A stretch of 49,453 nt of DNA from Flavobacteriales bacterium (GCA_017998165.1 JAGODO010000001.1:1-49453); one strand, 5' to 3'; counted from the stretch's first letter, positions 1 through 10,006 are shown. Notes: generated by a model from the sequence alone, not told the origin. Numbers and translations are program-made.

Positions 1-668
1 TCTACCGCGCGGTGATGCTGAAGACATCACCCACCGGCGAATTCCTCTGGTGGCAGCGCCTGGGCAACTCCGGCTACGACCATAGTATCAGCGGATTGGC
101 CGTGGATGCACAGAACGACATCCTCATGAGCGGCTGGTTCGATGATCGTCTCGAGTTCGATGACGTGGTCTTCGACGGCTTCGGGCCGCACTACGGCTCC
201 TTCGTCGCGCGCTTCACGAACGACAACTCCGTGGAAGAGGTCTTCGTCACGCGCGACAATGCGCCCCGCCGCTTCCTGGGCATGGGCCTCGATGGGGTGG
301 GCAACGTCTACATCACCGGCGGCTTCACCGATACGCTCACGTTCACCGGCACGCCCACCTTGGATGTGCCCGAGCGCGCAGCCTTCCTGGCGCGCAGTGG
401 GGATACGCCCACGGCCATCGCACCGCAAGACATTACCGATGCGCCGGCGATCTTCCCATCGCCCAGCAACGGCCGCAGCAACGTGCGGAGCGAAGCCCCC
501 TTCACCGCCCTGCGCATCTGGAACGCCACAGGGGCGATGGTCGCAGAGCAGGTCTTCGCACCAGCGCGCTCGTGCGCCGTCGCTTTGGATGAACCGGGGG
601 CCTATGTGATCAGCATCTCGCTGGCCGATGGCGGAGTACGGCGCGGGAAGTTGGTGGTGGTGAGGTAG
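1..668 (+). CDS. Secreted repeat protein, 5'-truncated by the window edge, with T9SS type A C-terminal sorting domain
   Basis: The frame is open from base 3. Repeats of the type GWFDD...FDG/ITGGFTDTLTF resemble beta-propeller SBBP-like repeats. The last ~70 aa (IFPSPSNGRSNV...AYVISISLADGGVRRGKLVVVR) fit the por-secretion CTD pattern. Confidence 0.7.
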   Translation, partial: YRAVMLKTSPTGEFLWWQRLGNSGYDHSISGLAVDAQNDILMSGWFDDRLEFDDVVFDGFGPHYGSFVARFTNDNSVEEVFVTRDNAPRRFLGMGLDGVGNVYITGGFTDTLTFTGTPTLDVPERAAFLARSGDTPTAIAPQDITDAPAIFPSPSNGRSNVRSEAPFTALRIWNATGAMVAEQVFAPARSCAVALDEPGAYVISISLADGGVRRGKLVVVR

Positions 669-765
669 AGGACAAGGTCGTGCCGTCGCTCAAGGCCAGC
701 GCCGTAGGCCCATCCGCACATGCCCGCTCCTTCTCCCTGCGTCAAGCCGGAGCACCGAGCACCGT

Positions 766-785
766 CTGCTCGCTTTCAAGAGCAG
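766..785. terminator. Short hairpin between convergent genes (CTGCTC-8 nt-GAGCAG)
   Basis: 6-bp inverted repeat at 766-771/780-785, between the + gene ending at 668 and the - gene ending at 805. No clear U-tract. Confidence 0.2.
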
Positions 786-804
786 GTTGCGGGCCGGAGC
801 CGGA

Positions 805-1734
805 TCATTCCTTGATCATCACGCGCTGATGCATGGTACCGTCCAGCATGACGCGTACCACATAGGCACCGGCGCCGATCGCGGGCAAGTCGATGACGGT
901 CCGTTGATCGCCATTGCCCAACGCGCTCTGGTGTACCAGCGCTCCGATCGAGGAATAGATGGACACCTGTCCTGCCTTGAACCCTCGCGGTGGCCACAAG
1001 GTGATCCGGTCGATGAACGGGTTCGGCCAGAGCATCGCTGCATCGGCCATGGGCGCATCACCCACGCTCGTCAGGTGTTGCCCATGGAGGAGGCTGATCA
1101 TATCGATACCCATCCTCAACGAGCCATTGGGCGCCATCACATCCAGATCGGTATCGTCATCCACCGGAAGGAATTTGATGGTGTGGTAGGACGACGAGGC
1201 CGTGAACGAGACCGTGCGTTCCTCCCAAATGAACGGGTAACTGTCATAAGGGACCAGGCTCGTTGTCGGCTCGGTGATACCGATAAGCATGTTCCCTGCA
1301 TACACGGCCCAGGAACCGGAGGTGTCATAGCTCCCGTACGATTTGACGACCGATTGATAGAAGCGGATGGTATAGGTGCTGTCCGGCACGAACCCGGAGA
1401 CCCCTTGCATGATGCCTTCCTGGAAGTCCCACGTACCTCCGGGACTATCAGCCCGCTCACCACTCATGAAGGTCGCCCCGGAGTAAGCATTACCGAAGAT
1501 CCCCGTGAACGCCGAAGGACCCAGGCTGTCGGTCAGGTCAGGTGTATCGCCCAACGAGCCGTCTGTGGCCAGGCAAACAGGATCCTCCGAGGGGACGTTC
1601 TGCCATCCCGGGGCGACTATGGCCAATGAGGTCGGGGAAGGTCCTTCGAGGTCTCCGTTCACGAAGTCCTGGCCCATCACGCTTGGTCCGACCATCATCG
1701 CGCACAAGGGCATCCCCAATGCTTTCAGGTTCAT
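805..1734 (-). CDS. Secreted hypothetical protein with T9SS type A C-terminal sorting domain
   Basis: ATG start. N-terminal signal peptide MNLKALGMPLCAMMVGPSVMGQ. C-terminus LWPNPFIDRITLW...GAYVVRVMLDGTMHQRVMIKE is typical of the T9SS CTD. Confidence 0.75.
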   Translation of the reverse strand: MNLKALGMPLCAMMVGPSVMGQDFVNGDLEGPSPTSLAIVAPGWQNVPSEDPVCLATDGSLGDTPDLTDSLGPSAFTGIFGNAYSGATFMSGERADSPGGTWDFQEGIMQGVSGFVPDSTYTIRFYQSVVKSYGSYDTSGSWAVYAGNMLIGITEPTTSLVPYDSYPFIWEERTVSFTASSSYHTIKFLPVDDDTDLDVMAPNGSLRMGIDMISLLHGQHLTSVGDAPMADAAMLWPNPFIDRITLWPPRGFKAGQVSIYSSIGALVHQSALGNGDQRTVIDLPAIGAGAYVVRVMLDGTMHQRVMIKE

Positions 1735-1855
1735 GTCGGCTTTTCATGAGGACGTGGGATACGGTCTTTTCGTGGCCCGACCATTTTCACAAAGGCGAGC
1801 GAACGGGCGAGTCATGGCACCGTGGGGTCCGGTTCGCTTCATTTGTCGAGCCTTG

Positions 1856-4549
1856 ATGCGAATTCTTCACCTCCGGTCTTTCCATGCGCTCATCGCACTG
1901 ATGATCGTTGCTGCCACGGCCGCCCAACAAAGCCTGCCCTATCGCGACGCTGTCCTCCCGACCGGTAACCGCGTAGTTGACCTGCTCGCGCGCATGACAC
2001 CTGAGGAGAAGTTCCGGCAGCTCTTCATGGTGGCCGGCGACTTCCGGGGCGATAGCACACGCTTCAACGCTGGGCTCTTCGGCTTCCAGGTGGACGCGAC
2101 CGCGCAAGGCGATGCGGGCGGGCAACTGCTGAACTACTCCGCTGGTGCGGATGCCAAGCGCACACTGGACAAGATCAATGGCATGCAACGGTTCTTCGTG
2201 GAAGACTCGCGGCTCGGCATCCCGATGCTGGCCTTCGATGAGGCACTGCATGGGCTGGTGCGCAAGGGCGCGACCGCGTTCCCACAGAGCATCGGCATAG
2301 CCGCGTCCTGGGATACCACCTTGATGTCGCGTGTGGCCGAGGCGATCGCATCCGAAACCAAAGCGCGCGGCATCCGCATGGTGCTTTCCCCGGTGGTGAA
2401 CCTGGCTACCGACCCGCGGTGGGGCCGCGTGGAAGAGACCTACGGCGAGGATCCGCTGCTGGCTTCGTGCTTCGGCGTGGCGTATGTGAAGGCGATGGAA
2501 AGTCACGGCATCATCACCACGCCGAAGCATTTCGTGGCCAACCATGGCGACGGAGGCCGCGACAGCTACCCGGTGTTCCACGGCGAACGGTTGCTGCGAG
2601 AGAGCTACTTCAAGCCCTTCAAAGCGGCGATCCAGTTGGGCGGCGCGCGGTCGATCATGACATCGTACAACTCGCTGGATGGTCGTCCGTGCAGCGCGAA
2701 CAAACACCTCTTGCAAGATGTGCTGCGCGGCGAATGGGGCTTCCGTGGCTTTGTGATCAGCGATGCGGCGGCGACCGGCGGTGCCAACGTGCTGCACTTC
2801 ACCGCACGCGATTACGAGGACGCCGGACAGCAGAGCGTGGAGAACGGACAGGACGTGATCTTCCAGACGGACTTCGCGCACGCGGATCTGTTCAAGCGGC
2901 CCTTCCTCGACGGCAGCGTGGACCAAGCCGCGATCGACAGCGCAGTGGCGCATGTGCTGCGGATGAAGTTCGAGCTGGGGGTGTTCGATCAGCCCTATGC
3001 AAGCGACTCGCTTTTGAATGCGCTGGATCTGAAAGCGCACCGCGAACTGGCCTACGAGATGGCGGTAAGGGGAGCGGTGCTCTTGAAGAACGACAAGGCT
3101 GCGCTACCACTTCAGCCCTCTGTGGAGCGAATTGCAGTTCTCGGTACCGATGCCAGTGATGGGCGACTTGGTGGTTATAGCGGCCCGGGCATCGACCCGA
3201 TCCCGATCCTGGCAGGACTGTACGAGCGGACAGCGCCTCCTCAGCAGTTGAGCCAACGAGTGAAATGGGCGCCTGGCTGCGAACTCAACGACGCGGCATA
3301 CCGATCAGTTCCACCCGACGTGCTCCATCATCAGGAAGACATGGAATGGAAGGCCGGCCTCCGCGCGGAATACTTCAGCGGCATCGACCTAACAGTACAA
3401 CCGACGCTGACACGCGTCGACAAGTCCATCGACTTCCAATGGACGCTTTTCGGTCCAGCGCCGGGGATCCCGTACGATCACTTCGCAGTGCGTTGGGACG
3501 GCGTCATCACTCCACTCCGGAGCGGCACGTTCAGCATCGGCATCGAAGGCAATGATGGTTATCGCCTATACATGGATGACAAGCTGGTGATCGACCGTTG
3601 GGAAGATCAAGGCTTTCGCACGACGCTAGTACCGCACGACTTCAAAAAAGGCAAGCATTGCGACCTGCACATCGAGTATCGCGAACGCTCTGGGAACGCA
3701 CGCTTCAAACTCATCTGGGATGCTGACATCGATCTCGTGGAGCAAGAGCGGCGCATGAAAGAGGCCGTTGACCTAGCGAAGAGAAGCGATGCGGCCGTTG
3801 TGGTTGTGGGGATCGAAGAAGGTGAGTTCCAGGACCGGAGCAGTTTGAAGCTTCCCGGTCGTCAGGAGGAATTGATCCATCGCGTGGCCGCCACGGGCAA
3901 GCCGGTGATCGTCGTGCTCGTGGGTGGCAGCGCCATCACCATGGATGCCTGGATCGACGACGTGGGCGCCGTGCTCATGGCGTGGTATCCCGGTGAAGCG
4001 GGAGGACTCGCGATCGCGGATCTGTTGCTCGGTACCCGCAACCCCAGCGGCAAACTGCCCATCACCTTCCCGCGCAACGAAGGACAGCTGCCGCTGATCT
4101 ACAACCACTACCCCACCGGCCGCGGCGATGATTACGTGGATGGCACCGGCCATCCGCTCTTCCCCTTCGGCTACGGGCTCAGCTACACTTCCTTCGAGTA
4201 CAGCGATATGAAGTTCGACCGAACAGCCTTCTCAGCGAAGGACACCGTGCTGGTCACGTTCAGCGTGAAGAATACCGGAGCCGTAAGCGGTGAGGAAGTC
4301 GTTCAGCTCTACGCGCACGATGAGCTCTCCAGCATCGCGCGGCCGGTGAAGGAACTGAAGGGCTTTCAGCGTGTGGCCTTGCAGCCCGGAGAAGCGAAGA
4401 CGCTCACCTTCAAGCTCCACGCATCCATGTTCTCCTTCCCGAACGAGGCGATGGAGGAAGTGACTGAACCGGGGACCTTCCGCATCATGATCGGCGGATC
4501 GAGCAAGGACATCCGCTTGCGGGCGATGGTTGAATACCAAGCTCAGTGA
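1856..4549 (+). CDS. bglX: Glycoside hydrolase family 3 beta-glucosidase with PA14 insertion (BglX-like)
   Basis: GH3 motifs are present (GIPMLAFDEALHG, KHFVANHGDGGRDS, GFRGFVISD catalytic Asp region). A PA14-like segment follows (GLRAEYFSG...FAVRWDGVITP...GNDGYRLYMDD), then a C-terminal Fn3-like domain. I chose the ATG at 1856, which gives signal peptide MRILHLRSFHALIALMIVAATAAQQ. The track ORF starts at 1505, but that extension overlaps the divergent gene. Confidence 0.9.
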   Translation: MRILHLRSFHALIALMIVAATAAQQSLPYRDAVLPTGNRVVDLLARMTPEEKFRQLFMVAGDFRGDSTRFNAGLFGFQVDATAQGDAGGQLLNYSAGADAKRTLDKINGMQRFFVEDSRLGIPMLAFDEALHGLVRKGATAFPQSIGIAASWDTTLMSRVAEAIASETKARGIRMVLSPVVNLATDPRWGRVEETYGEDPLLASCFGVAYVKAMESHGIITTPKHFVANHGDGGRDSYPVFHGERLLRESYFKPFKAAIQLGGARSIMTSYNSLDGRPCSANKHLLQDVLRGEWGFRGFVISDAAATGGANVLHFTARDYEDAGQQSVENGQDVIFQTDFAHADLFKRPFLDGSVDQAAIDSAVAHVLRMKFELGVFDQPYASDSLLNALDLKAHRELAYEMAVRGAVLLKNDKAALPLQPSVERIAVLGTDASDGRLGGYSGPGIDPIPILAGLYERTAPPQQLSQRVKWAPGCELNDAAYRSVPPDVLHHQEDMEWKAGLRAEYFSGIDLTVQPTLTRVDKSIDFQWTLFGPAPGIPYDHFAVRWDGVITPLRSGTFSIGIEGNDGYRLYMDDKLVIDRWEDQGFRTTLVPHDFKKGKHCDLHIEYRERSGNARFKLIWDADIDLVEQERRMKEAVDLAKRSDAAVVVVGIEEGEFQDRSSLKLPGRQEELIHRVAATGKPVIVVLVGGSAITMDAWIDDVGAVLMAWYPGEAGGLAIADLLLGTRNPSGKLPITFPRNEGQLPLIYNHYPTGRGDDYVDGTGHPLFPFGYGLSYTSFEYSDMKFDRTAFSAKDTVLVTFSVKNTGAVSGEEVVQLYAHDELSSIARPVKELKGFQRVALQPGEAKTLTFKLHASMFSFPNEAMEEVTEPGTFRIMIGGSSKDIRLRAMVEYQAQ

Positions 4550-4602
4550 AAGAGCAAAAGGTTGCGAGAGTCCTTCTCCCTTTCACCCTCTCGCTCTTTC
4601 AC
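4546..4602. terminator. Compound hairpin between convergent bglX and yaaA
   Basis: GTGAAAGAGC (4546-4555) pairs with GCTCTTTCAC (4593-4602). Inner GCGAGAG (4564-4570) pairs with CTCTCGC (4588-4594). Confidence 0.35.
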
Positions 4603-4607
4603 CCTTC

Positions 4608-5420
4608 CTATCGGATCCTCCCGCCCACCAGTTTCTTCGGAACCAAGGGTGGCCGCTTGTCGCGCAAGAAAACCCACTGGTCCTCCGAGCTCTCCTCCGG
4701 CGCGAAGCGATAGCCATCGCCATCGTACGCTTTGATCTTCTCGGGCTCCAGGATCCGGTGCTGGATGATGTGCCGTGCCATGGCCCCGCGTTGCTGCTTG
4801 GCGAAGACCATGACCACACCGTAGCCGCGCGGTCCCTTGTCCTTGAAGACGGGCGTGATCACCCTGCCTTTGAGGACATCGGGATTCACGGCGCTGAAAT
4901 ACTCGCTGCTCGCACAGTTGACCACCACGTTGGACTTCGTTGCCTTCAGATCGGCATTCAGTGCCTCGGTGATACGGTCGCCCCAATACGCGTAGAGGTC
5001 CTTCGCTTTGCCCACCCCGAAAGGCGTGCCCATCATCAGGCGATAATCCTGCATGAGGTCGAGCGGACGCAGCACGCCATAGAGCCCGCTGAGGATACGC
5101 AGGTGGTGCTGGGCGAAATCGAGGTCCGCCGGGGAAAGGGTGCGCGCATCGAGTCCACGGTATACTTCGCCATTGAATGTGAAGACCGCCGGCCGGGCGT
5201 TCTTCGGCGTGAAGGGCGTGGACCACCGCTCGTAGCGCTCGCGGTTCAACTCCCCCAGCTTGGGGCTGAGGTCCATGAGCGAGGAGAGCTTCTTTGCGCT
5301 GAGGGTCTTCAGTTTCTCGACCAACTGGACCGCTTGTTCAAGAAGTACGGGCTTGGAAGTCCGCGCCACGACAGGCGTTTCCTGAGCGAGGTCCTTGGCG
5401 GGTGAAAGCAGCACGAGCAT
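4608..5420 (-). CDS. yaaA: Peroxide stress protein YaaA (UPF0246/DUF328)
   Basis: From the internal ATG the protein begins MLVLLSPAKDL, the hallmark YaaA N-terminus. It also has RILSGLYGVLRPLD and YAYWGD motifs. Length is about 270 aa. Confidence 0.85.
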   Translation of the reverse strand: MLVLLSPAKDLAQETPVVARTSKPVLLEQAVQLVEKLKTLSAKKLSSLMDLSPKLGELNRERYERWSTPFTPKNARPAVFTFNGEVYRGLDARTLSPADLDFAQHHLRILSGLYGVLRPLDLMQDYRLMMGTPFGVGKAKDLYAYWGDRITEALNADLKATKSNVVVNCASSEYFSAVNPDVLKGRVITPVFKDKGPRGYGVVMVFAKQQRGAMARHIIQHRILEPEKIKAYDGDGYRFAPEESSEDQWVFLRDKRPPLVPKKLVGGRIR

Positions 5421-5474
5421 GGGGGAAATGTAGTGGTCGCGCGGACCGGCCGCGATCCTTCTTTCCTTCGATGC

Positions 5475-5897
5475 ATGGACCGGTCCATTTGGTACGCGCT
5501 CATCTCCATGCTCTTCGCCGGGGTAACGGCCGTGATCGCCAAAGCGGGCATGCGCAATGTGAGCGGCGATGTCGCACTGGTGGTCCGCACGAGCCTGATC
5601 TTCCTGCTGGTCTGGGGCAATGCCGTGGCCTTCCGGCATGTGGGAAAGCTCCATCTGCTCACCGGCCGTGATCTGCTCTTCCTCGGCATCAGCGGTGCCA
5701 CCACCTTCCTCAGTTGGCTGTTCTACTACCGGGCCATCAAGGAGGGCCAGGTGTCCGTGGTGAACGCGATCGACAAAGCGAGTATCGTGGTGACCCTCGT
5801 ACTCTGTTTCGTGTTCCTGAAAGAACCGTTCACCTGGCGCGTCGCATCGGCCACCGTGCTCATCACTGCGGGCTTGCTCCTCCTCATCTGGAAGTAG
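5475..5897 (+). CDS. Small EamA/DMT-superfamily membrane transporter
   Basis: About 140 aa with four hydrophobic helices and EamA-like motifs (FAGVTAVIAKAG, VNAIDKASIVVT). Confidence 0.65.
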   Translation: MDRSIWYALISMLFAGVTAVIAKAGMRNVSGDVALVVRTSLIFLLVWGNAVAFRHVGKLHLLTGRDLLFLGISGATTFLSWLFYYRAIKEGQVSVVNAIDKASIVVTLVLCFVFLKEPFTWRVASATVLITAGLLLLIWK

Positions 5898-5929
5898 GTC
5901 ATCTCCCCCTGTCTTCGCATTTTCGCGGC

Positions 5930-6412
5930 ATGTCCTTCAGCGTTCGCGAGGCGGCTACCGATGACGACTGGTCGCAGGGCCTGGAGGTGTTGGCACGCGT
6001 GTATGTGGGCGAAGGACATTCGGAGCCGTCCAGGGCACAGTTGTTCTACCGACGGGATGTATTGGAGCACGAGGGCACGTTCCTGGTGGCCGTGATGAAA
6101 GGCCGCGTGATCGGGGCGGTGCTTTTGTTGAACGCGGACAGCACGATGCGACAAGTGGCTCGGGCCGGTGAGCGTGAGTTCCGGGTGCTGGCCGTGCTTC
6201 CCGAGGCGCGAGGAGCCGGGGCAGGCAAAGCATTGGTGGAGGCATGCATCGAGCGTGTGGGCGGTGCCGATGGCCTCGTCTTGTGGACACGTCCGGTCAT
6301 GCTTGCGGCCCAGCGGCTCTATGACCGGCTGGGGTTCATGCGTGCGCCGGATCGGGACGCGGCGGATCCACGCGGGTTCACCCGTCTCGTGTACCGCATC
6401 CAGCTCGCCTGA
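5930..6412 (+). CDS. GNAT family N-acetyltransferase
   Basis: Start at the internal ATG (MSFSVREAT). The acetyl-CoA binding segment VLAVLPEARGAGAGKALVEACIE matches the Q/RxxGxG/A motif. Confidence 0.75.
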   Translation: MSFSVREAATDDDWSQGLEVLARVYVGEGHSEPSRAQLFYRRDVLEHEGTFLVAVMKGRVIGAVLLLNADSTMRQVARAGEREFRVLAVLPEARGAGAGKALVEACIERVGGADGLVLWTRPVMLAAQRLYDRLGFMRAPDRDAADPRGFTRLVYRIQLA

Positions 6413-6448
6413 GCGGACGGACCGCAGGGCATTGCTTTTCTTCGGGCC

Positions 6449-7660
6449 ATGCTGCACTCCTCCCCGCTCAATCGCGCCGTGCTGGCCGCGGGCCTGGGGT
6501 TCTTCATCGACGCGTTCGACCTCTTCCTGTTCAGCATCTACCGCATCCCCAGTTTGGAAGAACTCGGCTTGAGCGGAGCGGAACTGACCCGTGCGGGCGA
6601 GCGCCTGCTGGCGATCCAGATGGCGGGCATGATGCTCGGCGGCATACTCACCGGCGTGGTGGGCGACCGTCGCGGGCGTGTGGTGGTGCTCTTCGGCAGC
6701 ATCGTGCTCTACTCCCTGGCCAACATCGCCAACGCGTTCGTGCGCGACGTGGAAACGTATGCGGCGATCCGTTTCCTGGCGGGCCTCGGCCTTGCTGGAG
6801 AACTCGGTGCCGGCATCACGCTCGTCGGGGAGAGCATGACCCCGGAGCGCCGGGGTTACGGCACCATCCTCGTGGCCACGTTGGGCGGCCTCGGCGCGGT
6901 GTGCGCGGCGCTCATCGGCGATGTGATCCCGTGGCGCACCGCCTTCGCCAGTGCGGGCATCGCGGGCCTGCTGTTGCTGTTCTTCCGGATGCGCAGCATG
7001 GAGACCGCCATGTTCAAGCGCGCCAGTGCGAGCGGCCAGTCCAGCGGTTCGTTCATCCATCTCTTCCGGGATCGGCGACGCGCGCTGCGCTACCTGATGT
7101 GCATCGCCATGGGCATTCCGATCTGGTACAGCGTGGGCATGCTGATCACACTCTCCCCGGAGATCGCCGCATCATCCGGTGTGGATACGTGGAAGCTTCC
7201 GAAGGCCTTCGCGCTCTTCCAGGTCGGCGTATGCGTGGGCGACCTGAGCACGGGCCTCTTGAGCCAATGGCTCCGCACCCGCCGTTGGGTGATCGTGGGC
7301 GGCATGGTGCTGGCGATCATCGCCACGGTCGGTTACTTCCTCGCGTTCGCCTCCAACGGGGGCAGCTACATGGCCTGCCTGTTCATGGGCTTGGGTTGTG
7401 GCTACCTGAGCGTGTTCGCCACGGCCACTTCCGAGCATTTCGGAACGAACCTGCGGGTGCTGGTCACCGCCACGGTCACGAACTTCATGCGCGGATCGGT
7501 CACGATCATGATCCCCTTGCACCAAGCCTTGAAACAACAGCCAGGGCTCGGGACGATCGGCTCGTTGGTGGCCATCGGGTGCTGCGTATGGGCACTCGCG
7601 CTCTTCAGTGCGCTCCGCCTGCCGGACACTTATGCGGTGGAAATGGACCACGTGGAGTGA
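6449..7660 (+). CDS. MFS transporter
   Basis: About 12 predicted TM helices, with the MFS loop 2-3 motif GVVGDRRGR. Confidence 0.8.
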   Translation: MLHSSPLNRAVLAAGLGFFIDAFDLFLFSIYRIPSLEELGLSGAELTRAGERLLAIQMAGMMLGGILTGVVGDRRGRVVVLFGSIVLYSLANIANAFVRDVETYAAIRFLAGLGLAGELGAGITLVGESMTPERRGYGTILVATLGGLGAVCAALIGDVIPWRTAFASAGIAGLLLLFFRMRSMETAMFKRASASGQSSGSFIHLFRDRRRALRYLMCIAMGIPIWYSVGMLITLSPEIAASSGVDTWKLPKAFALFQVGVCVGDLSTGLLSQWLRTRRWVIVGGMVLAIIATVGYFLAFASNGGSYMACLFMGLGCGYLSVFATATSEHFGTNLRVLVTATVTNFMRGSVTIMIPLHQALKQQPGLGTIGSLVAIGCCVWALALFSALRLPDTYAVEMDHVE

Positions 7661-7663
7661 AGC

Positions 7664-8704
7664 CTACTTCCTGGCGAGGACCATCTTCCATCCAGGCAGG
7701 GCCATGAGCGCGACCGCCTTCATCGGCGTAAAGCCGCTATGCTTCTGCCAGCCGCCGATCTCCGCCTCGCTCCACGTGCCTGAGGCGCTGGTGAGGGCGA
7801 AGTAGAGGCTGCCCATGGCACCGATCACGTCGCCCGTGCGCGGGGTAGCGCGCCGGATGAACTCGCCGATGCCGAAAAGCCCGCCCGGCTTCAACGCGCG
7901 ATGCACCTTCTTCGCCAGGGCCTGGTTCTGCTCCACATTGAAGTGGTGTACGACGTTGTTGATCATCACCAGATCGTACACGGCTTCGCCGAGGTCGTCA
8001 GTGAGCGCATTCCCCGGCCGGTGCTTCACGCGGTCGGCCATGCCTTCGCGCGCGGCGATGGCGCTGGCCTGGTCGATGGCACCGGGCAATTCCAGGATGG
8101 TGCTGTTGAGCCTGGGGTGCTTGCGGCAGAGTTCAATGGAATAGAGTCCGTGCGCCCCACCGATGTCCAGCATCCGCGTGGCGCTGGCGGGCAGCTTCAA
8201 TTTGCCGGCGAATTCCTTGGCGGTGTTCGTTGACAGGTCACGCATGCCCTCCTGGTAGTCGGCCCACTCCTGCGCGCTCATCTTTTCGTGGAAGTCCAGC
8301 GGTTTACCGGTGCGCACGAAATCCTCCATGTGCGCCACCCAGTTCCACTCCGCGATCTGGAATCGCATCTTGCCGATCAGGTTCGCCGACGAGCTCTTCA
8401 GCAGCCATTTGCGGTACTTCGGCCTCAACGTGTACGTGTCGCTGGACCAGGACACATAGCCCATGGCCACAAGGCAATCGAGCAGGTGCTTGGTGGCCGA
8501 TGGATGTGTTCCGCTCACGGTGGCCACGTCTACCACGGTGCGGGTCCCGGTGCCGAGCGCCTCGAAAACGCCGGTATTCGAAGCGGCCATCACGGCGCGT
8601 GCGAGCGTGTAGGCGGCCTGCGTGTCCACCAAAGGCATGGGGGCGAGGTTCAGCCACAGCGCGATGCGCTCCAACGGGTTCTCGGGGACGGCTTTCAGTT
8701 TCAT
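7664..8704 (-). CDS. Class I SAM-dependent O-methyltransferase (COMT-like, with N-terminal dimerisation/winged-helix region)
   Basis: SAM motif I MLDIGGAHG. Further motifs DLVMINNVVHHF and LKPGGLF. The internal ATG at 8704 avoids overlap with the divergent pirin gene. Confidence 0.75.
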   Translation of the reverse strand: MKLKAVPENPLERIALWLNLAPMPLVDTQAAYTLARAVMAASNTGVFEALGTGTRTVVDVATVSGTHPSATKHLLDCLVAMGYVSWSSDTYTLRPKYRKWLLKSSSANLIGKMRFQIAEWNWVAHMEDFVRTGKPLDFHEKMSAQEWADYQEGMRDLSTNTAKEFAGKLKLPASATRMLDIGGAHGLYSIELCRKHPRLNSTILELPGAIDQASAIAAREGMADRVKHRPGNALTDDLGEAVYDLVMINNVVHHFNVEQNQALAKKVHRALKPGGLFGIGEFIRRATPRTGDVIGAMGSLYFALTSASGTWSEAEIGGWQKHSGFTPMKAVALMALPGWKMVLARK

Positions 8705-8825
8705 GCGGTGGTGGTTCCTGCGAACATAGTCACCACCGTGCCCGGATAGCGCATTGAACTGGCACAAGTCCACCTTCCTGATGGCCTTCTACCTTTCGCT
8801 TGTCGAACAACGAACGCATCCCATC

Positions 8826-9803
8826 ATGGAACGCAAGGAATTCCTTCATCGCGGTATACTCGGAACGGCGCTGGCCTTCATCGGCGGCGCGTTGAGCAGT
8901 TCCGCGAAGGCCGTGGAGAACCTGGCCGGTGCCGGACAACGCGGGGTGGAAGGCGTGCTCTCCCCGACCAACACGCACATGGTGGGCAACGGCTTCAAGG
9001 TGATGAACTATTTCCCGAACGGAAAGGGCTTCGAGGAGCGCATGAGCCCGTTCTTCCTGCTCGATTTCAACGCCGAGGTGAACTTTCCGCCGAGCGAACT
9101 CTCACAAGGGGTCGGCGTGCATCCGCACCGCGGCATCGAGACGATCACCTTCGCGTACAAGGGCAGCGTGGAGCACCACGACAGCAAGGGGAACCACGGC
9201 ATCATCAACGCCGGTGACGTGCAGTGGATGACCGCCGGCGGCGGCGTGCTGCACAAGGAGTACCACGAGCAGACGTTCAATCGCACCGGCGGCGCGTTCG
9301 AGATGCTGCAATTGTGGATCAACCTGCCGAAGAAGCACAAGATGGTCCCCGCGAAATACCAGAGCATCGTACATACGGAAAAACCCAAGGTCGTCCTGCC
9401 AAAGGGCCAGGGCACGATCCATGTGGTGGCCGGGGAGTATGAAGGCGTTAAGGGCATCGCGAGCGCCTACTCGCCGATACACATGTACGACATGCACCTG
9501 AGCGCGGGCGCTGACTTCAGTTTCGACCTGCCCGCGAACTACAACACCGGTATCCTGGTGATCGACGGAGCGATCAAGGTGAACGGAACAGCGGGTCCGG
9601 AGAACCACTACGTGCAGTTGAAGAACGAAGGCGGCTCGATCCGGATCCAGGCGGAGCGCAAGTGCATCCTGTTGGTACTGAGCGGCGAGCCGTTGAACGA
9701 GCCTTACGTGAACTATGGCCCGTTCGTGATGAACACGGAGGAGGAGATCCGCGAAGCGATCGAGGACTACAAGTCGGGCAAATTCGGTTTCCTGGCGGAC
9801 TGA
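8826..9803 (+). CDS. Pirin family protein with an N-terminal Tat-like signal
   Basis: Pirin cupin metal motif HPHRGIETITF...HHDSKGN, plus MTAGGGVLHKE. The N-terminus MERKEFLHRGILGTALAFIGGALSSSAKA resembles a twin-arginine leader (RK variant). Confidence 0.85.
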   Translation: MERKEFLHRGILGTALAFIGGALSSSAKAVENLAGAGQRGVEGVLSPTNTHMVGNGFKVMNYFPNGKGFEERMSPFFLLDFNAEVNFPPSELSQGVGVHPHRGIETITFAYKGSVEHHDSKGNHGIINAGDVQWMTAGGGVLHKEYHEQTFNRTGGAFEMLQLWINLPKKHKMVPAKYQSIVHTEKPKVVLPKGQGTIHVVAGEYEGVKGIASAYSPIHMYDMHLSAGADFSFDLPANYNTGILVIDGAIKVNGTAGPENHYVQLKNEGGSIRIQAERKCILLVLSGEPLNEPYVNYGPFVMNTEEEIREAIEDYKSGKFGFLAD

Positions 9804-10006
9804 CCATGGCCTCTTCGCCCGGCCCTCGCTCATGGTGGCTTACGGGGCGCATGAGCGGGAGCCACTTGAAGGGCTATCGGTCTGCATACGTTCCACTGCT
9901 TTCTGGATCCGCGGTTCGAGCAGGAGGTACGCCAGATAGACATCGGCATTCCCGCGAGGCTGACCGGATCGGAACGCAGGACGTGCGTGGGATGCGGTCG
10001 CATACC

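Noticed and set aside
1505-1855. N-terminal extensions of track ORFs upstream of obvious signal peptides or conserved N-termini: bglX 1505-1855, yaaA 5421-5654, M14 peptidase 43908-44615, ilvE 47613-47825, hypothetical 45883-46017.
   Set aside because: The extensions overlap neighbouring genes or divergent promoters and have no family similarity. Internal ATGs give canonical N-termini, such as MLVLLSPAK for YaaA and signal peptides for the secreted proteins.
1787-3040. Long antisense ORFs overlapping well-supported genes: 1787-3040 (-), 5726-7060 (-), 16105-17286 (+), 18385-19470 (-), 22767-24155 (-), 24013-25158 (-), 25498-26841 (-), 39622-40599 (+), 42564-43733 (+), 46689-47624 (+).
   Set aside because: Each lies opposite a gene with clear family motifs. 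Their translations are Arg/Gly/His/Ala-rich and low in complexity. Stop-free shadow frames are expected in GC-rich DNA.
4546-4602. Possible repeated intergenic element shared by the convergent-gene hairpins at 4546-4602 and 44492-44536. Both are built on GTG(G)AAAG / CTTTC(C)AC arms.
   Set aside because: The similarity is limited to a 7-8 nt purine-rich word and its complement. With only two copies this is indistinguishable from chance without a genome-wide count.
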